From positions 3,200,001-3,264,000 of the forward strand of contig OY970325.1 of assembly GCA_963717145.1 (NCBI GenBank): DNA of 64,000 nucleotides, given 5' to 3'. The notes beneath the pieces are model-generated. The model saw nothing but the letters and a program-made list of their open reading frames with translations, did not search any database and was not told where the DNA came from. Below are positions 8,648 through 18,835 of this stretch, piece after piece (the stretch's first letter is position 1; each line of letters starts with the position of its first letter). The translations under genes and the position numbers were made by a program. Source of the DNA: an uncultured Armatimonadetes bacterium. GTDB lineage: Bacteria > Armatimonadota > UBA5829 > DTJY01.

Positions 8648-11600
8648 CTATTCCTCAAGATCGCAGCGCAGACAGCGGCGGGCCTCGAGGCACGCCGTCT
8701 CAGCCGAGTAGCCATGTACGACCTCATCGAAGACACAGGCGCGCTCCCGGGGCGACAAGTGGCACACCGCCTGACGGGGTACAGCCCCATACTCCTCATC
8801 CGGTTTGGCATCCGTCGCAAGTGCGGTGTCAGCGGGCAGCTCGCCACTCCCACCGAGGTAGACATCTATCGCCTTTGCCGCTTTCTGGCCGGCAGCTATG
8901 GCCTCGATTATGGTCGCCGGGCCGGTCACTGCATCACCACCGGCGAACACCTCGCCCTCGCCCGACCTCTGGGAAACCGGATCGGCGACGATGCGACCAC
9001 GTGCTACAACCAGGCGTCCGTCCGTTTGGGCAAAATCGAGTTCCGGCCCCTGGCCGATCGCCATAATCACGTGGTCCGCCTCGATCAGTACATCGAAATC
9101 CGGCTTCGGGATCGGGCGACGCCGACCGCCCTCATCTGCGTCCCCCAGCATCATTTCCTGACAGCGCACGGCTTGAACGCGCCCGGATCCTTCAATGGCG
9201 ACAGGTGCGACGAGTGTATGCAACTCGACGCCCTCCGCCAGCGCGTCCTCGATCTCTTCGCTGAGCGCCGGCATCTCTTCCCGAGTGCGCCGGTACAGTA
9301 TGGTCACGGGCCCCGCACCGAGTCTCAGGGCGGTGCGAGCAGCATCAATGGCAGCGTTGCCTCCGCCTATGACAACTACTCGCCCAGACAATTCCTTGAT
9401 CTCGCCGACGATCGCCTGGCGAAGGAAGGACAGCGCATCGTGCACGCCCTTCATCTCTTCGCCCGGGATGCCGAGCGTCGTGCTCTTGTGCGCTCCGGTT
9501 GCCACAAAGACCGCATCGAACCCCGCAAGCGATTCGAGCGACTCGATCCTGTGCCCAGTCTCGATCTCGACGCCTGCGCGCACGATATAGTCGATATCCC
9601 GCTGCAGGACCTCTTTCGGCAGACGATATGGTGGAATCCCGACGGCCAGCAGGCCGCCGACAGCGTCGAGGGCTTCGAATATCTTGACCTCGTGACCCAT
9701 GATGGCAAGGAAATATGCGGCAGTGAGGCCCGCCGGGCCCGAACCGATGACCGCCACCCTGCCCCTGCGCGGCCCTGTCCACGTGGGCGGATGGCCAGAA
9801 TCGGTGACATGATCGGTCACGAAGCGCTTCAACTGCCTGACTGCCACGGGCGCATCGATGTCGCCGCGCCTGCAGAACACCTCACACGGATGATCGCATG
9901 CACGGCCGCAGACCGAGGGCAGCGGGTTGCGCCGACGGATCACGTCGAGCGCCTCCGCGAACCTTCCCTCGGCGATCAGTCCCACATACTCGGGAACGTT
10001 CACGTGCGCGGGACAGGCGCTCGAGCACGTGGTGGTGATCAGCGCCTCGCACGAATTTGCCGGGCAGCGCTTCTCGATGATGTGGGCTTCGTATTCATCG
10101 CGGAAATAGCGGATCGTTGACAGGACCGGATTCGCAGCGGTCTGGCCGAGGCCGCACAAGGAGGCTCTCCGTATGGCCTCTCCAAGCTTTTCGAGTTCAT
10201 CTATGTCAGAAAGCTCGCCCTCGCCCTGCGTGATCCGGGTCAGGATCTCGAGCATTCGCTTCGTGCCGATCCGGCATGGGACACACTTGCCGCACGATTC
10301 CCTCTGAACGAAGTCCGCGAAGAAGCGAGCCATGTCCACCATACAGGTGGCTTCGTCCATGACGATCAGACCACCCGATCCCATGATCGCGCCGACCTGC
10401 TTAACCGAATCATAGTCGATCGGTAGATCAAGGTACTGCGCGGGAACGCATCCACCGGAGGGGCCGCCCATCTGGACAGCCTTGAACTTGCGATCGCGGG
10501 GGATGCCGCCGCCGATGTCGAACACGATCTGGCGCAGAGTGGCGCCCATCGGCACCTCGACGAGCCCCGTGTTTCTGACCTTGCCGGCAAGGGCAAAGAT
10601 CTTGGTGCCCTTGCTGCCCTCGGTCCCGAAGCTTCGGTAGTAGTCCTTGCCCTGAAGAATAATGATCGGCACATTTGCGAGCGTTTCGACGTTGTTGATA
10701 TTCGTGGGCTTGCCCATGAAGCCGCTTATCGAGGGAAACGGCGGGCGGGGGCGGGGCATACCTCGCCTGCCCTCCAACGAGGCAATGAGTGCGGTCTCTT
10801 CGCCGCAGACGAATGCGCCGGCGCCTCGGTCGATCTCGATATCGAAGTCGAAGCCCGTTCCCAGGATATCTGTTCCCAGTAGGCCACATTCGCGCACCTG
10901 GTCGAGGGCTATCTCGGTGTTCTTTACCGCAAGAGGATACTCCGCCCGGACGTAGATGATGCCCTTCGCCGCCCCGATTGCATAGCCCGCGATTATCATG
11001 CCTTCGAGGATTGCGTGAGGGGTGCCTTCAAGGAGGCTGCGATCCATGAAAGCGCCGGGGTCGCCTTCGTCGGCGTTACAGATGAGGTACTTGGGCTCAC
11101 CGACTGCCTTTCGACAGAAACCCCACTTTACGCCCGCGGGGAAGCCTGCTCCACCTCGGCCCCTCAGCCCGGCCTCACGGACTTCATCGATCACCTGTTC
11201 CGGCGTCATATCACAGAGGGCCTTGGCCGCAGCAGCATAGCCGCCGCGAGCGACGTAGTCCTCGAGGCTGATCGGGTCCAGTATGCCGTTGAGCCGAAAG
11301 ACGATTCTCTGCTGTCTCGCATAGAACGGCACTTCGTGGTCATGGACGATCTTACGGTCGGTAGCCGGATCGACGTAGAGGAGCCGCTCGATGACTTCAT
11401 CCGACAGAACAGTCCGCTCGACGATCTCGGGCACATCTTCGGCCTGCACACTCGGGTAGAAGACTTTGGCGGGGAGGATGACGACGACCGGCCCCTTTTC
11501 GCAGAAACCATGGCATCCCGTGATCTTGACGGGGATATCGCATTCGAGTCCGCGTCTCTTGATCTCATCCTCGAATGCCTTCTTCACTCCGGAAGCTCCG

Positions 11601-11716
11601 AAAGCGACGCAGCCGGTCCCGCCACAGATGGTGACCATCTTCCGGTCGGAGCTGATCTCTGCCTTCAGCCGGTCCTGCCACTCCCGGAAAGCCGATGCTG
11701 AGGAAGCCTGCTTCAT
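8648..11716 (-). CDS. NuoF/HydB-like NAD(H)/FMN subunit fused to a GltD/NfnB-like FAD oxidoreductase module
   Basis: GLRGRGGAGFP, CNADEGDPGAFMDR, GAGAFVCGEETAL, ESCGKCVPCR; then CPAHVNVP, GSGPAG, GIPPYRLP, GGGNAAID, GGDAVTGP, EARRCLRCD. Confidence 0.92.
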   Translation of the reverse strand: MKQASSASAFREWQDRLKAEISSDRKMVTICGGTGCVAFGASGVKKAFEDEIKRRGLECDIPVKITGCHGFCEKGPVVVILPAKVFYPSVQAEDVPEIVERTVLSDEVIERLLYVDPATDRKIVHDHEVPFYARQQRIVFRLNGILDPISLEDYVARGGYAAAAKALCDMTPEQVIDEVREAGLRGRGGAGFPAGVKWGFCRKAVGEPKYLICNADEGDPGAFMDRSLLEGTPHAILEGMIIAGYAIGAAKGIIYVRAEYPLAVKNTEIALDQVRECGLLGTDILGTGFDFDIEIDRGAGAFVCGEETALIASLEGRRGMPRPRPPFPSISGFMGKPTNINNVETLANVPIIILQGKDYYRSFGTEGSKGTKIFALAGKVRNTGLVEVPMGATLRQIVFDIGGGIPRDRKFKAVQMGGPSGGCVPAQYLDLPIDYDSVKQVGAIMGSGGLIVMDEATCMVDMARFFADFVQRESCGKCVPCRIGTKRMLEILTRITQGEGELSDIDELEKLGEAIRRASLCGLGQTAANPVLSTIRYFRDEYEAHIIEKRCPANSCEALITTTCSSACPAHVNVPEYVGLIAEGRFAEALDVIRRRNPLPSVCGRACDHPCEVFCRRGDIDAPVAVRQLKRFVTDHVTDSGHPPTWTGPRRGRVAVIGSGPAGLTAAYFLAIMGHEVKIFEALDAVGGLLAVGIPPYRLPKEVLQRDIDYIVRAGVEIETGHRIESLESLAGFDAVFVATGAHKSTTLGIPGEEMKGVHDALSFLRQAIVGEIKELSGRVVVIGGGNAAIDAARTALRLGAGPVTILYRRTREEMPALSEEIEDALAEGVELHTLVAPVAIEGSGRVQAVRCQEMMLGDADEGGRRRPIPKPDFDVLIEADHVIMAIGQGPELDFAQTDGRLVVARGRIVADPVSQRSGEGEVFAGGDAVTGPATIIEAIAAGQKAAKAIDVYLGGSGELPADTALATDAKPDEEYGAVPRQAVCHLSPRERACVFDEVVHGYSAETACLEARRCLRCDLEE

Positions 11717-12225
11717 TGGCGTCCCTCCTCAGCGATCCGCTCCAGTATCTCCTGGACCCGCCGCGGAGTCGCTTTGCCGTAGTAGTTGCTGTCGACAACC
11801 ATCACCGGGGCGAGAGCACAAGCGCCGAGACATGCAACCGTTTCGAATGTAAACATCATGTCGTCAGTGGTTTGGCCGTCGTCGATTCCCAGTGCACATC
11901 TCACGCTGTGGATCACGCTCTTACCTCCACGAACGTGGCACGCGGTACCTCGGCAGCAGCGGATGGTATGTCGCCCACGCGGCTCAGTATAGAACTGAGC
12001 GTAGAATGTTACCACACCGTAGATGCGGCTGAGCGGGATATGGGTTCGGACGCTGATCTCTTCCAGAGCCGAAGGAGGCAGGAAGCCGAATCGCTCCTGA
12101 ACGCCCTGGAGGACGGCGATGAGGTTCGATTCGTCCGTCACATTCAGTTCGTCGAGGTGGGCGAACACGTCGTTATCATCGGGCAATCTGCTTCCCGCAG
12201 ACTCATCGACTGCCTGGTTTGCCAT
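11713..12225 (-). CDS. NuoE/HydC-like 2Fe-2S subunit
   Basis: GVVTFYAQF, CRGTACHVRG, CLGACALAP. Confidence 0.92.
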   Translation of the reverse strand: MANQAVDESAGSRLPDDNDVFAHLDELNVTDESNLIAVLQGVQERFGFLPPSALEEISVRTHIPLSRIYGVVTFYAQFYTEPRGRHTIRCCRGTACHVRGGKSVIHSVRCALGIDDGQTTDDMMFTFETVACLGACALAPVMVVDSNYYGKATPRRVQEILERIAEEGRQ

Positions 12226-12805
12226 GTGAGCTATTCCTCCGGAGCGCTTCCTGATAGGCCTCTGGTGTGTTGATATTCAGAAAACTGAGCAGTTCCGGAT
12301 CGAGCGATCTCAGATCATTCTCGGGCACGTACACTGTGTCGACTCGATCGAGCAGGTCTCGCATCCTGAGAATGCCTGCCTCGAGATTCGCCTCCACCTG
12401 GGGCAGACACGATCTCCGATACGCCGCGTGAAGCGGCTCGATTCCATTCTCCAACATCGGCACGACCGCTTCATGTCGGTCCAGCAGGGAGAGCACATAG
12501 CGGGCCACTTCAGTATCCGCAAACGGCATGTCGCAGGCGAGGACGAAGTTTGCGGCATCCGGTGATGCGGTCAGCCCCGCTTGCAGGCCGCCGAGCGGGC
12601 CCTTTCCCTCATAGGAATCGTACACGAGGGTGGCATTCTCCACATCCAGGTCCTGCCCGGGTCTCGCGACCACTATGACCGGGCCGAATTCGCCGGCGAA
12701 CCTCGTGACAAGGGCCTGGAGGATCGTGGACCCGTCCATCTCGAGGGACGCCTTGTCCCGGCCCATGCGCGCGCTCGTGCCGCCTGAAAGGATGATGGTT
12801 GCCAT
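12203..12805 (-). CDS. mobA: Molybdenum cofactor guanylyltransferase
   Basis: LSGGTSARMGRDKA, GPLGGL, ACDMPF, EPLHAAY, NINTPE. Confidence 0.93.
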   Translation of the reverse strand: MATIILSGGTSARMGRDKASLEMDGSTILQALVTRFAGEFGPVIVVARPGQDLDVENATLVYDSYEGKGPLGGLQAGLTASPDAANFVLACDMPFADTEVARYVLSLLDRHEAVVPMLENGIEPLHAAYRRSCLPQVEANLEAGILRMRDLLDRVDTVYVPENDLRSLDPELLSFLNINTPEAYQEALRRNSSHGKPGSR

Positions 12806-12810
12806 GCTGT

Positions 12811-14480
12811 CTAGAACAGGCCGTAGATCTCGCCGTCGGGCTTCATGCCGATCTTGACCGCGGCCGGTACTTTCGGAAGTCCCGGCATCGTCATGATGCT
12901 TCCGGCGTAGATCACCACGAATCCTGCGCCGGCACTGACCTTCGCCTCCCGTACCCCGATCTTGTAACCCCTCGGGCGTCCGGCGACCTTGGGATCGTCG
13001 GACAGGGAGTTCTGGGTCTTGGCGATGCAGACCGGCAGCTTCCCGAAACCGAGCGCGGTGATCTGACTGATCTGCTTCTCGGCGGCCGGAGCAAAATCCG
13101 CGCCATCCGCACCGTAGAACTGGCGCGCGACCGCCTCGACCTTCTCCTTGATGGACATATCCAACGGATATGCCGGATGGAAGGTCGATTCGCCCTCACA
13201 TGCCTTCAGCACGAGTTTCGCGAGTTCGATGCCGCCCTCGCCGCCCTTCGCCCAGACATCCGAGAGCGCCCATGTCGACACCGGTCTCCTTGCAGCACTC
13301 CGAGAGAGCCTCGATCTCTTCGTCCGTGTCGGTCGGGAACTTGTTGATGGCGACGATCGGGTCGAGGCCGACATTCCGCACGTTGTCGCAGTGCTTCTCG
13401 AGGTTCTCGATGCCCTTCAGCACAGCCTCCGGATTGTTGGCCTTGAGATCGGCGAGCGCCACCCCACCGTGCATCTTGAGCGCGCGGATCGTGGCGACGA
13501 CGACAGCGGTCACCGGCATCAGTCCGGCTGAGCGGCACTTGATGTTGAAGAACTTCTCCGCGCCGAGGTCGCTCCCGAAGCCGGCCTCTGTGACCATATA
13601 GTCGGCAAGCTTCAGGGCCATGCGTGTGGCGATCACCGAATTGCATCCGTGAGCGATGTTGCCGAACGGTCCGCCGTGTACGAACGACGGGGTGCCTTCC
13701 AGCGTCTGGACCAGGTTCGGGACGATGGCGTCCTTCAGGACGACGGTCATCGCGCTGCTCGCCTGCAGGTCCTTCGCGGTGACCGGCTGACCGGCCTTGT
13801 TGAGCCCGACGACGACACTCGCGAGCCGTCTCTCGAGGTCCGCTCGATCCGTCGAGAGGCAGAGCAGAGCCATTATCTCCGATGCGGTCGTTATATCGAA
13901 TCCGGACTGGCGGGGGATACCGTTCCCCTTGCCGCCGAGACCGATCACGATGTCCCTGAGCGCCCGCTCGTTCATATCCATGACGCGCTTCCAGGTGATC
14001 GAGTGGAGGTCTATGTCCAGCGGATTGCCCTGGTGGATGCTGATTATCGAGCATGGCCGAGAGCAGGTTGTGGGCGGTCGTGATCGCATGGAAATCACCG
14101 GTGAAGTGCAGGTTGATGTCGGCCATCGGGACGACCTGAGCATATCCTCCGCCGGCCGCGCCGCCTTTGACGCCGAAGCACGGCCCGAGTGACGGTTCCC
14201 TGAGCGCCAGGCAGGTGGACTTCCCGAGCTTGCGAATGGCATCAGCGAGACCGATCGCAGTGGTGGTCTTTCCCTCGCCGGCCGGAGTCGGAGTGATGGC
14301 GGTAACGAGAATCAGCTTGCCATCCTTCTTGTCCGCATTTCGATCTAGCAGATCGAGAGTGATCTTGGCTTTGTCGGCTCCGTAGAATACCAGGTCCTGT
14401 TCGGACAGATTCAGGTCTGCGGCGACATCTCTTATGTGCCGGGGCTTCGCCTGCTGGGCGATCTCGACGTCGGTTAGCAT
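12811..14480 (-). CDS. fhs: Formate--tetrahydrofolate ligase, two frameshifts (~14040, ~13268)
   Basis: [34 protein letters not shown] / [25 protein letters not shown] / [19 protein letters not shown] spread over three frames. Confidence 0.93.
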
Positions 14481-14508
14481 AGGTGGAATCCTCCTCGGAT
14501 GGTAAAGG

Positions 14509-14925
14509 TTATTTCTCGTCTTTTTTCAGCTTTTTGCTGAAGGACATCTTCTCGATCTTTCCGGCAAACATGTTCATCCAGGCGCTGGTATGCTCGAGCC
14601 GCCTGTCCACGGGGATATGGTACTTCCTGAGCTTATCCTCCCAGCCAAGCTTCCTGGCGCGCTCGTTGATGAGCCACCATATGCAGGCCTGATCCTCGTG
14701 GACCTCGCAGTGACCGTCGGCCCTCGTACCTCCACACGGCCCGTTTCGAAGCTGCTTGGGGCACCTCATGCAGCAGGTAAACGCGTTATAGCTCAAGACG
14801 CACTGCCCACAGTCCTGGCATCGAAACACAGGCTTCTTGAACACATTCTCGCTGAGTAGAACGCACTTGTACAATGTCGGGTGCCGCTCGGTGAATGCGG
14901 CTACTCTCTCTGACAGCTTGCTCAT
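14509..14925 (-). CDS. MTHFR C-terminal Cys-rich domain protein (MetV-like)
   Basis: [22 protein letters not shown]...CIW; ATG overlaps the metF stop (TAATG). Confidence 0.85.
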   Translation of the reverse strand: MSKLSERVAAFTERHPTLYKCVLLSENVFKKPVFRCQDCGQCVLSYNAFTCCMRCPKQLRNGPCGGTRADGHCEVHEDQACIWWLINERARKLGWEDKLRKYHIPVDRRLEHTSAWMNMFAGKIEKMSFSKKLKKDEK

Positions 14926-15881
14926 TATGCTACCGCTCCTGTCGGTTCCGGCTCGGTCTCGATCGGCTTCAGGGTCGGTCGAGGCAGGAGCCCCGCTCCG
15001 TCGACGATCGACTTCGTGATCGATTCCCACATCACGGGCATGATGTGAACGCCGCTAACGCCGGGGATCTCCTTGAGTTGCTTGATGGTCTCGATGCAGA
15101 TACTCACCCCTTCGTCCTTCGGCTCCTGAGCGGATTTCATGCGGGTGATGTACTCGGGCGCGATCCTCATGCCGGGGACGCTGTCCCTCATGTACTCCAG
15201 GGCCTTCGCCGACTTGACCGGCATGACGCCCGCAAGGATGAAGATCTCCTTGTCGAAGCCTTCGTCCCTTACGGCCGACATCCATTTCTCGAACCGGGGC
15301 ATATCGAACACCGGCTGCGTCTGGATGAAGTGCGCGCCGGCCTGGATCTTCTTGTACAAGTTGAGGATGCGCATGTTGAACGGCTCGCCGAACGGATTCG
15401 CCGCTCCTCCGATGAACATCGCGGGCGGCGGCTTTATCTCGTCCCCGGAGAGGAACTTCGCATCGTTCATCCCGGCCACCGTGTGAATAAGCTGAACCGA
15501 GTCGAGATCGAAGACTCCCTTGGCATCGGGGTGGTTGCCGAAAGACTGGTAATCACCGGACAGGCAGAGAAGGTTCCTCACACCCGCTGCATATGCCCCG
15601 AGGATGTCCGACTGCTGAGCGAGCCGGTTCCGATCTCGACAAGTCATCTGCATGATCGGCTCGATCCCGCCCTCGACCGCAAAGGCGCTGCTCATGGCCG
15701 AACTCATACGGACGATCGCCGTCTGGTTGTCGGTGAGATTCACGGCATCGACGACGTTGCGGAAATACTCGCATTTCTTGAGAATAGGCGCCTTATCGGC
15801 TCCCTGCGGAGGACTCATCTCACCGCAGACCGCGAAGTGCCCTTCTCTCAACATCCGTTCCAGATTACTACCTGATATCAT
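14925..15881 (-). CDS. metF: Methylenetetrahydrofolate reductase
   Basis: NLTDNQTA, QMTCRDRNR, LSGDY, DLDSVQL, KKIQAGAHFIQTQ. Confidence 0.92.
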   Translation of the reverse strand: MISGSNLERMLREGHFAVCGEMSPPQGADKAPILKKCEYFRNVVDAVNLTDNQTAIVRMSSAMSSAFAVEGGIEPIMQMTCRDRNRLAQQSDILGAYAAGVRNLLCLSGDYQSFGNHPDAKGVFDLDSVQLIHTVAGMNDAKFLSGDEIKPPPAMFIGGAANPFGEPFNMRILNLYKKIQAGAHFIQTQPVFDMPRFEKWMSAVRDEGFDKEIFILAGVMPVKSAKALEYMRDSVPGMRIAPEYITRMKSAQEPKDEGVSICIETIKQLKEIPGVSGVHIMPVMWESITKSIVDGAGLLPRPTLKPIETEPEPTGAVA

Positions 15882-15929
15882 CTATTTCGCCCCCTGGTCA
15901 CTCTTTGCTGACCATGTGATATGTCACAC

Positions 15930-16151
15930 TCATTCATCGCCCGTGAAATCGATGCACTCCTTCGCGTACGGACACCATTTCGCGCAGCCCAGGTCCAGAC
16001 ACGGATTCTTGAACCTCGTGCCACATTCCGGACACGCGCGCGAGCGGTCGTCCTTGAAGAACTCCACCTTGGCGCCGCACTTGGGACACGGCTGCTGCCG
16101 TATGTCGTCGATCTTCCAGAAGCGGCTATCCTGGCCGGGACACTTTACCAT
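15930..16151 (-). CDS. Small Cys-rich zinc-ribbon protein
   Basis: CPGQD, CPKCG..VEFFKDD...CPECG, GCAKWCPYAKEC. Confidence 0.75.
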   Translation of the reverse strand: MVKCPGQDSRFWKIDDIRQQPCPKCGAKVEFFKDDRSRACPECGTRFKNPCLDLGCAKWCPYAKECIDFTGDE

Positions 16152-16163
16152 ATTGATCCAACT

Positions 16164-17270
16164 CTACACCAAAGAAGCCCACAGGGACTCCAGGTCGACA
16201 TGCTCCCGAATGAGGCTCGTTGCCAGGCAGGTCTTCTCCTCATCGGAAACGCGGGTCTTGACAGTCATATCGTGTATGCGCGAGGCCACGTCATATGTGC
16301 GCTCTCCGGTTGTGAGCACAGGAATACTTGTGCGCTGAACGAGGTCCATGGTTGACGGCTGTGGCAGCAACCCGCCTGTGAGAACAATCCCCGCCAGCTC
16401 GATGTCTTTTCTGAGCAAGTCGGTGGTGACGATGGCAAATATGACGTCGTCCCGATCGCCCGGGACGATCAGCAGCGACTTGTCCTGCACGTACTTAAGT
16501 GCATTGTAGGCCGTCATGGCGCCGATAATGATGTCTGCAATCGGATTGGCCAGTCTGTCCGCTCCGTTGATGACCGTGGCGCCGATGCTTTCCGCCACCT
16601 GCATCACCGTGGGCCACGACAGGCGTGGGGCGTATGGAACTACACCAAGCAGCTTCAGCCCCATTCTTTCAAACGACTTCGACAGATAGTAGCGGGTCTG
16701 ATCGAGCTTCTCGGGCAGCACCTTGTTGACTACTACGCCAACGACAGGGACTCCCTCCTTCTCGAAGAGACTGCAATTCACCGCGACTTCATCGACCGGA
16801 CGGCCTATGCCGCCGAGCGTCACGATGACGGCCTTAGCGTTTAGAAGCTTGGCGACGTGAGCATTCGACATGTTAAACACAGAGCCCACGCCTGCATGTC
16901 CGCTGCCTTCGATCACCACCAGATCATTGTTCCTGGAGGCTACTGCATATGAATCGCGGATCGATTTTTCCAGTTTAGGGAGTTCGATCTCCGGATTCTC
17001 GATGTACTTGCGGGTAAAATCGGGCGTGACCGCAACAGGACTCATGTCTTTGAGCGGATAATCGAGGTCACAAGCCTGCTGAATGAGCAGTGCGTCCTCA
17101 TCGATCATCTGGTCGTCGACTTCGACATACCGCTGCCCGACCGGCTTCATGAAGCCTACAGACTTCGTAAGATCACTGAACCCGCGAACAAACCCCAGGC
17201 TGCATGTGGTCTTGCCGTCATTCTGGTTGGTCGCTGCCACGAATAAGCGCCGTTCGATCTTGTTTATCAT
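16164..17270 (-). CDS. BioD-like P-loop + DRTGG protein (stand-alone phosphotransacetylase N-terminal region)
   Basis: AATNQNDGKTT, GFMKPVGQ, IEGSGHAGVGS, PGDRDD, LTGG. Confidence 0.85.
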   Translation of the reverse strand: MINKIERRLFVAATNQNDGKTTCSLGFVRGFSDLTKSVGFMKPVGQRYVEVDDQMIDEDALLIQQACDLDYPLKDMSPVAVTPDFTRKYIENPEIELPKLEKSIRDSYAVASRNNDLVVIEGSGHAGVGSVFNMSNAHVAKLLNAKAVIVTLGGIGRPVDEVAVNCSLFEKEGVPVVGVVVNKVLPEKLDQTRYYLSKSFERMGLKLLGVVPYAPRLSWPTVMQVAESIGATVINGADRLANPIADIIIGAMTAYNALKYVQDKSLLIVPGDRDDVIFAIVTTDLLRKDIELAGIVLTGGLLPQPSTMDLVQRTSIPVLTTGERTYDVASRIHDMTVKTRVSDEEKTCLATSLIREHVDLESLWASLV

Positions 17271-17271
17271 G

Positions 17272-17958
17272 TCAACTCGGCGACCTCTCTTCCATAGGCT
17301 TTCCGGAGAGCGCATCCAGCAGCACTTCGGCGGCCACTATGCGATCCTCCGCAGGAAGCAAGTGCCCTGCGTCCGCCCGGTAGAGCACGCTTGCGCTCGG
17401 ACCGAATTCCTCGTCTTCATCATGTCTAACGATGGTGACCGGAACACGCGGCAGCACATCGAAACGGTAGCCTATCCCTGGAGAAGAAACACGAGTCGCC
17501 TGGAGCTGCTCGCTGAGTTCTTGAAATCGCTCCCTGGTTCTGCCCGAGGTCGCGAGGAATCGCCCCACAATTCGCTTCTCGAAGACGGTGCAATAGTTGC
17601 GGCAGTCGGCGAAATGCTTGAGCGATACCTCGTTGGTATCGAGCCCTACCTCGTCCGAACACAGGTAGTGAAGAGCCAGCAGCGCCCAGGAGAGCTTCGC
17701 CTTCCCGGAGTTCTCGACCAGGACCTCACGCCTGGCCGGATCGACGAGCAGTGCCCGTCCCAGCGAAGGGACGCGGATGATCTCCCCATCCCTGGCGACA
17801 CCGAGCGCCTGTAGTCTCTCGGCGGACAGCTCCCGGGATGTCAGGACATCGAAACCGAGGGCAAACGCCTGCTCGTAAGGTTGCTGAGCAGGCGGAACGG
17901 GACACGTCTGCCTGACAGTCACGTCCTGGGAAGAGTTCTCAGTCTGCTTTTTCTCCAC
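17272..17958 (-). CDS. DUF3786-like protein
   Basis: LHYL...F...LPRVP...DEDEEFGPSASVLY...LPAED pattern; typical acs-cluster position. Confidence 0.7.
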   Translation of the reverse strand: MEKKQTENSSQDVTVRQTCPVPPAQQPYEQAFALGFDVLTSRELSAERLQALGVARDGEIIRVPSLGRALLVDPARREVLVENSGKAKLSWALLALHYLCSDEVGLDTNEVSLKHFADCRNYCTVFEKRIVGRFLATSGRTRERFQELSEQLQATRVSSPGIGYRFDVLPRVPVTIVRHDEDEEFGPSASVLYRADAGHLLPAEDRIVAAEVLLDALSGKPMEERSPS

Positions 17959-18009
17959 GACACCGACCTCCAGCCCTCACACGGCGAAGTCACGATCGGA
18001 GGAGGGCAC

Positions 18010-18801
18010 TTAGCCTTTCTGCCTGTACGCCTTCAGGAAAGAGTCACTGTAGATGGTGTGGTTCATCAGCATTTCGGCGGTGATGAGCCCGTCCATCAGT
18101 TCAGTGTCCAAAGGATCCAAAATCGCTGCATCGAGACCCGCGCCGATCGCCATCGTCAGGAATATCCTGTTGATGAGCTTCCTCTCCTCGGCGCCCTGTG
18201 ACAGGTTGCTGAGCCCGATGACAATGTGCGGAGACGGATCGCACAGCATGCCGAGCTGACGTATCGATTCCAGCACGATGCCGGGGCCTTTCTGCTCGGC
18301 CTTGACCGGGAGGATGATCGGATCGATGTAGAGATCGGTGATCGGCAGATCATATTCCATCGCCGTTGCCAGCACGCGCATGGCTACCTCGCATCGCCCA
18401 TCGATGTCCACCGGGACGCCGTTCTCATCGATGCACAGGGCCACTACGCCCGCACTATGCTCCTTGGCCAGATCCAGGAACTTGCGCAGGCTGGCATCCT
18501 CACCCGTCGTGGAGTTGATCACCTTCCTGCCGGAGCATGCTTCCAGTCCAGCCTTCATAGTATCGTAGTTCGGACTGTCGATCGACAGAGGCGCGTCGGT
18601 CACTTCCCGTACCGACTCGACCAGCCACTGCATAGCCTCCACGGGCTTAGTGGCGGCCGTGCCGACGTTGATGTCGAGCATGTCGGCGCCTTCCGCCAAC
18701 TGCCGCTTCGCCAGGTCCTGGATGGCTTTCTTGTCGCCGCTCTGGATGGCCTCTTTCACGATCTTGAACATGCCGTTGATGCGTTCACCGATGATGATCA
18801 T
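18010..18801 (-). CDS. acsE: Methyl-THF:corrinoid Fe-S protein methyltransferase
   Basis: IIGERINGMF, LDINVG, SIDS, INST, GLSNLSQG, GLDAAILDP. Confidence 0.93.
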   Translation of the reverse strand: MIIIGERINGMFKIVKEAIQSGDKKAIQDLAKRQLAEGADMLDINVGTAATKPVEAMQWLVESVREVTDAPLSIDSPNYDTMKAGLEACSGRKVINSTTGEDASLRKFLDLAKEHSAGVVALCIDENGVPVDIDGRCEVAMRVLATAMEYDLPITDLYIDPIILPVKAEQKGPGIVLESIRQLGMLCDPSPHIVIGLSNLSQGAEERKLINRIFLTMAIGAGLDAAILDPLDTELMDGLITAEMLMNHTIYSDSFLKAYRQKG

Positions 18802-18835
18802 TCGATTGTCCTCCGTTGTTTGATTGGAATTCTTG

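Noticed and set aside
6293-10120. Long plus-strand ORFs opposite fdhF/nuoF (and similar shadows at 26778, 28485, 52828, 58703)
   Set aside because: Antisense shadows typical of high-GC coding DNA, with no recognisable motifs
12811-14480. Programmed frameshifting in fhs, acsB, cooS or acs
   Set aside because: No consistent slippery heptamers and several shifts per gene; assembly indels are more parsimonious. Only the IS3 A7G site fits a programmed shift
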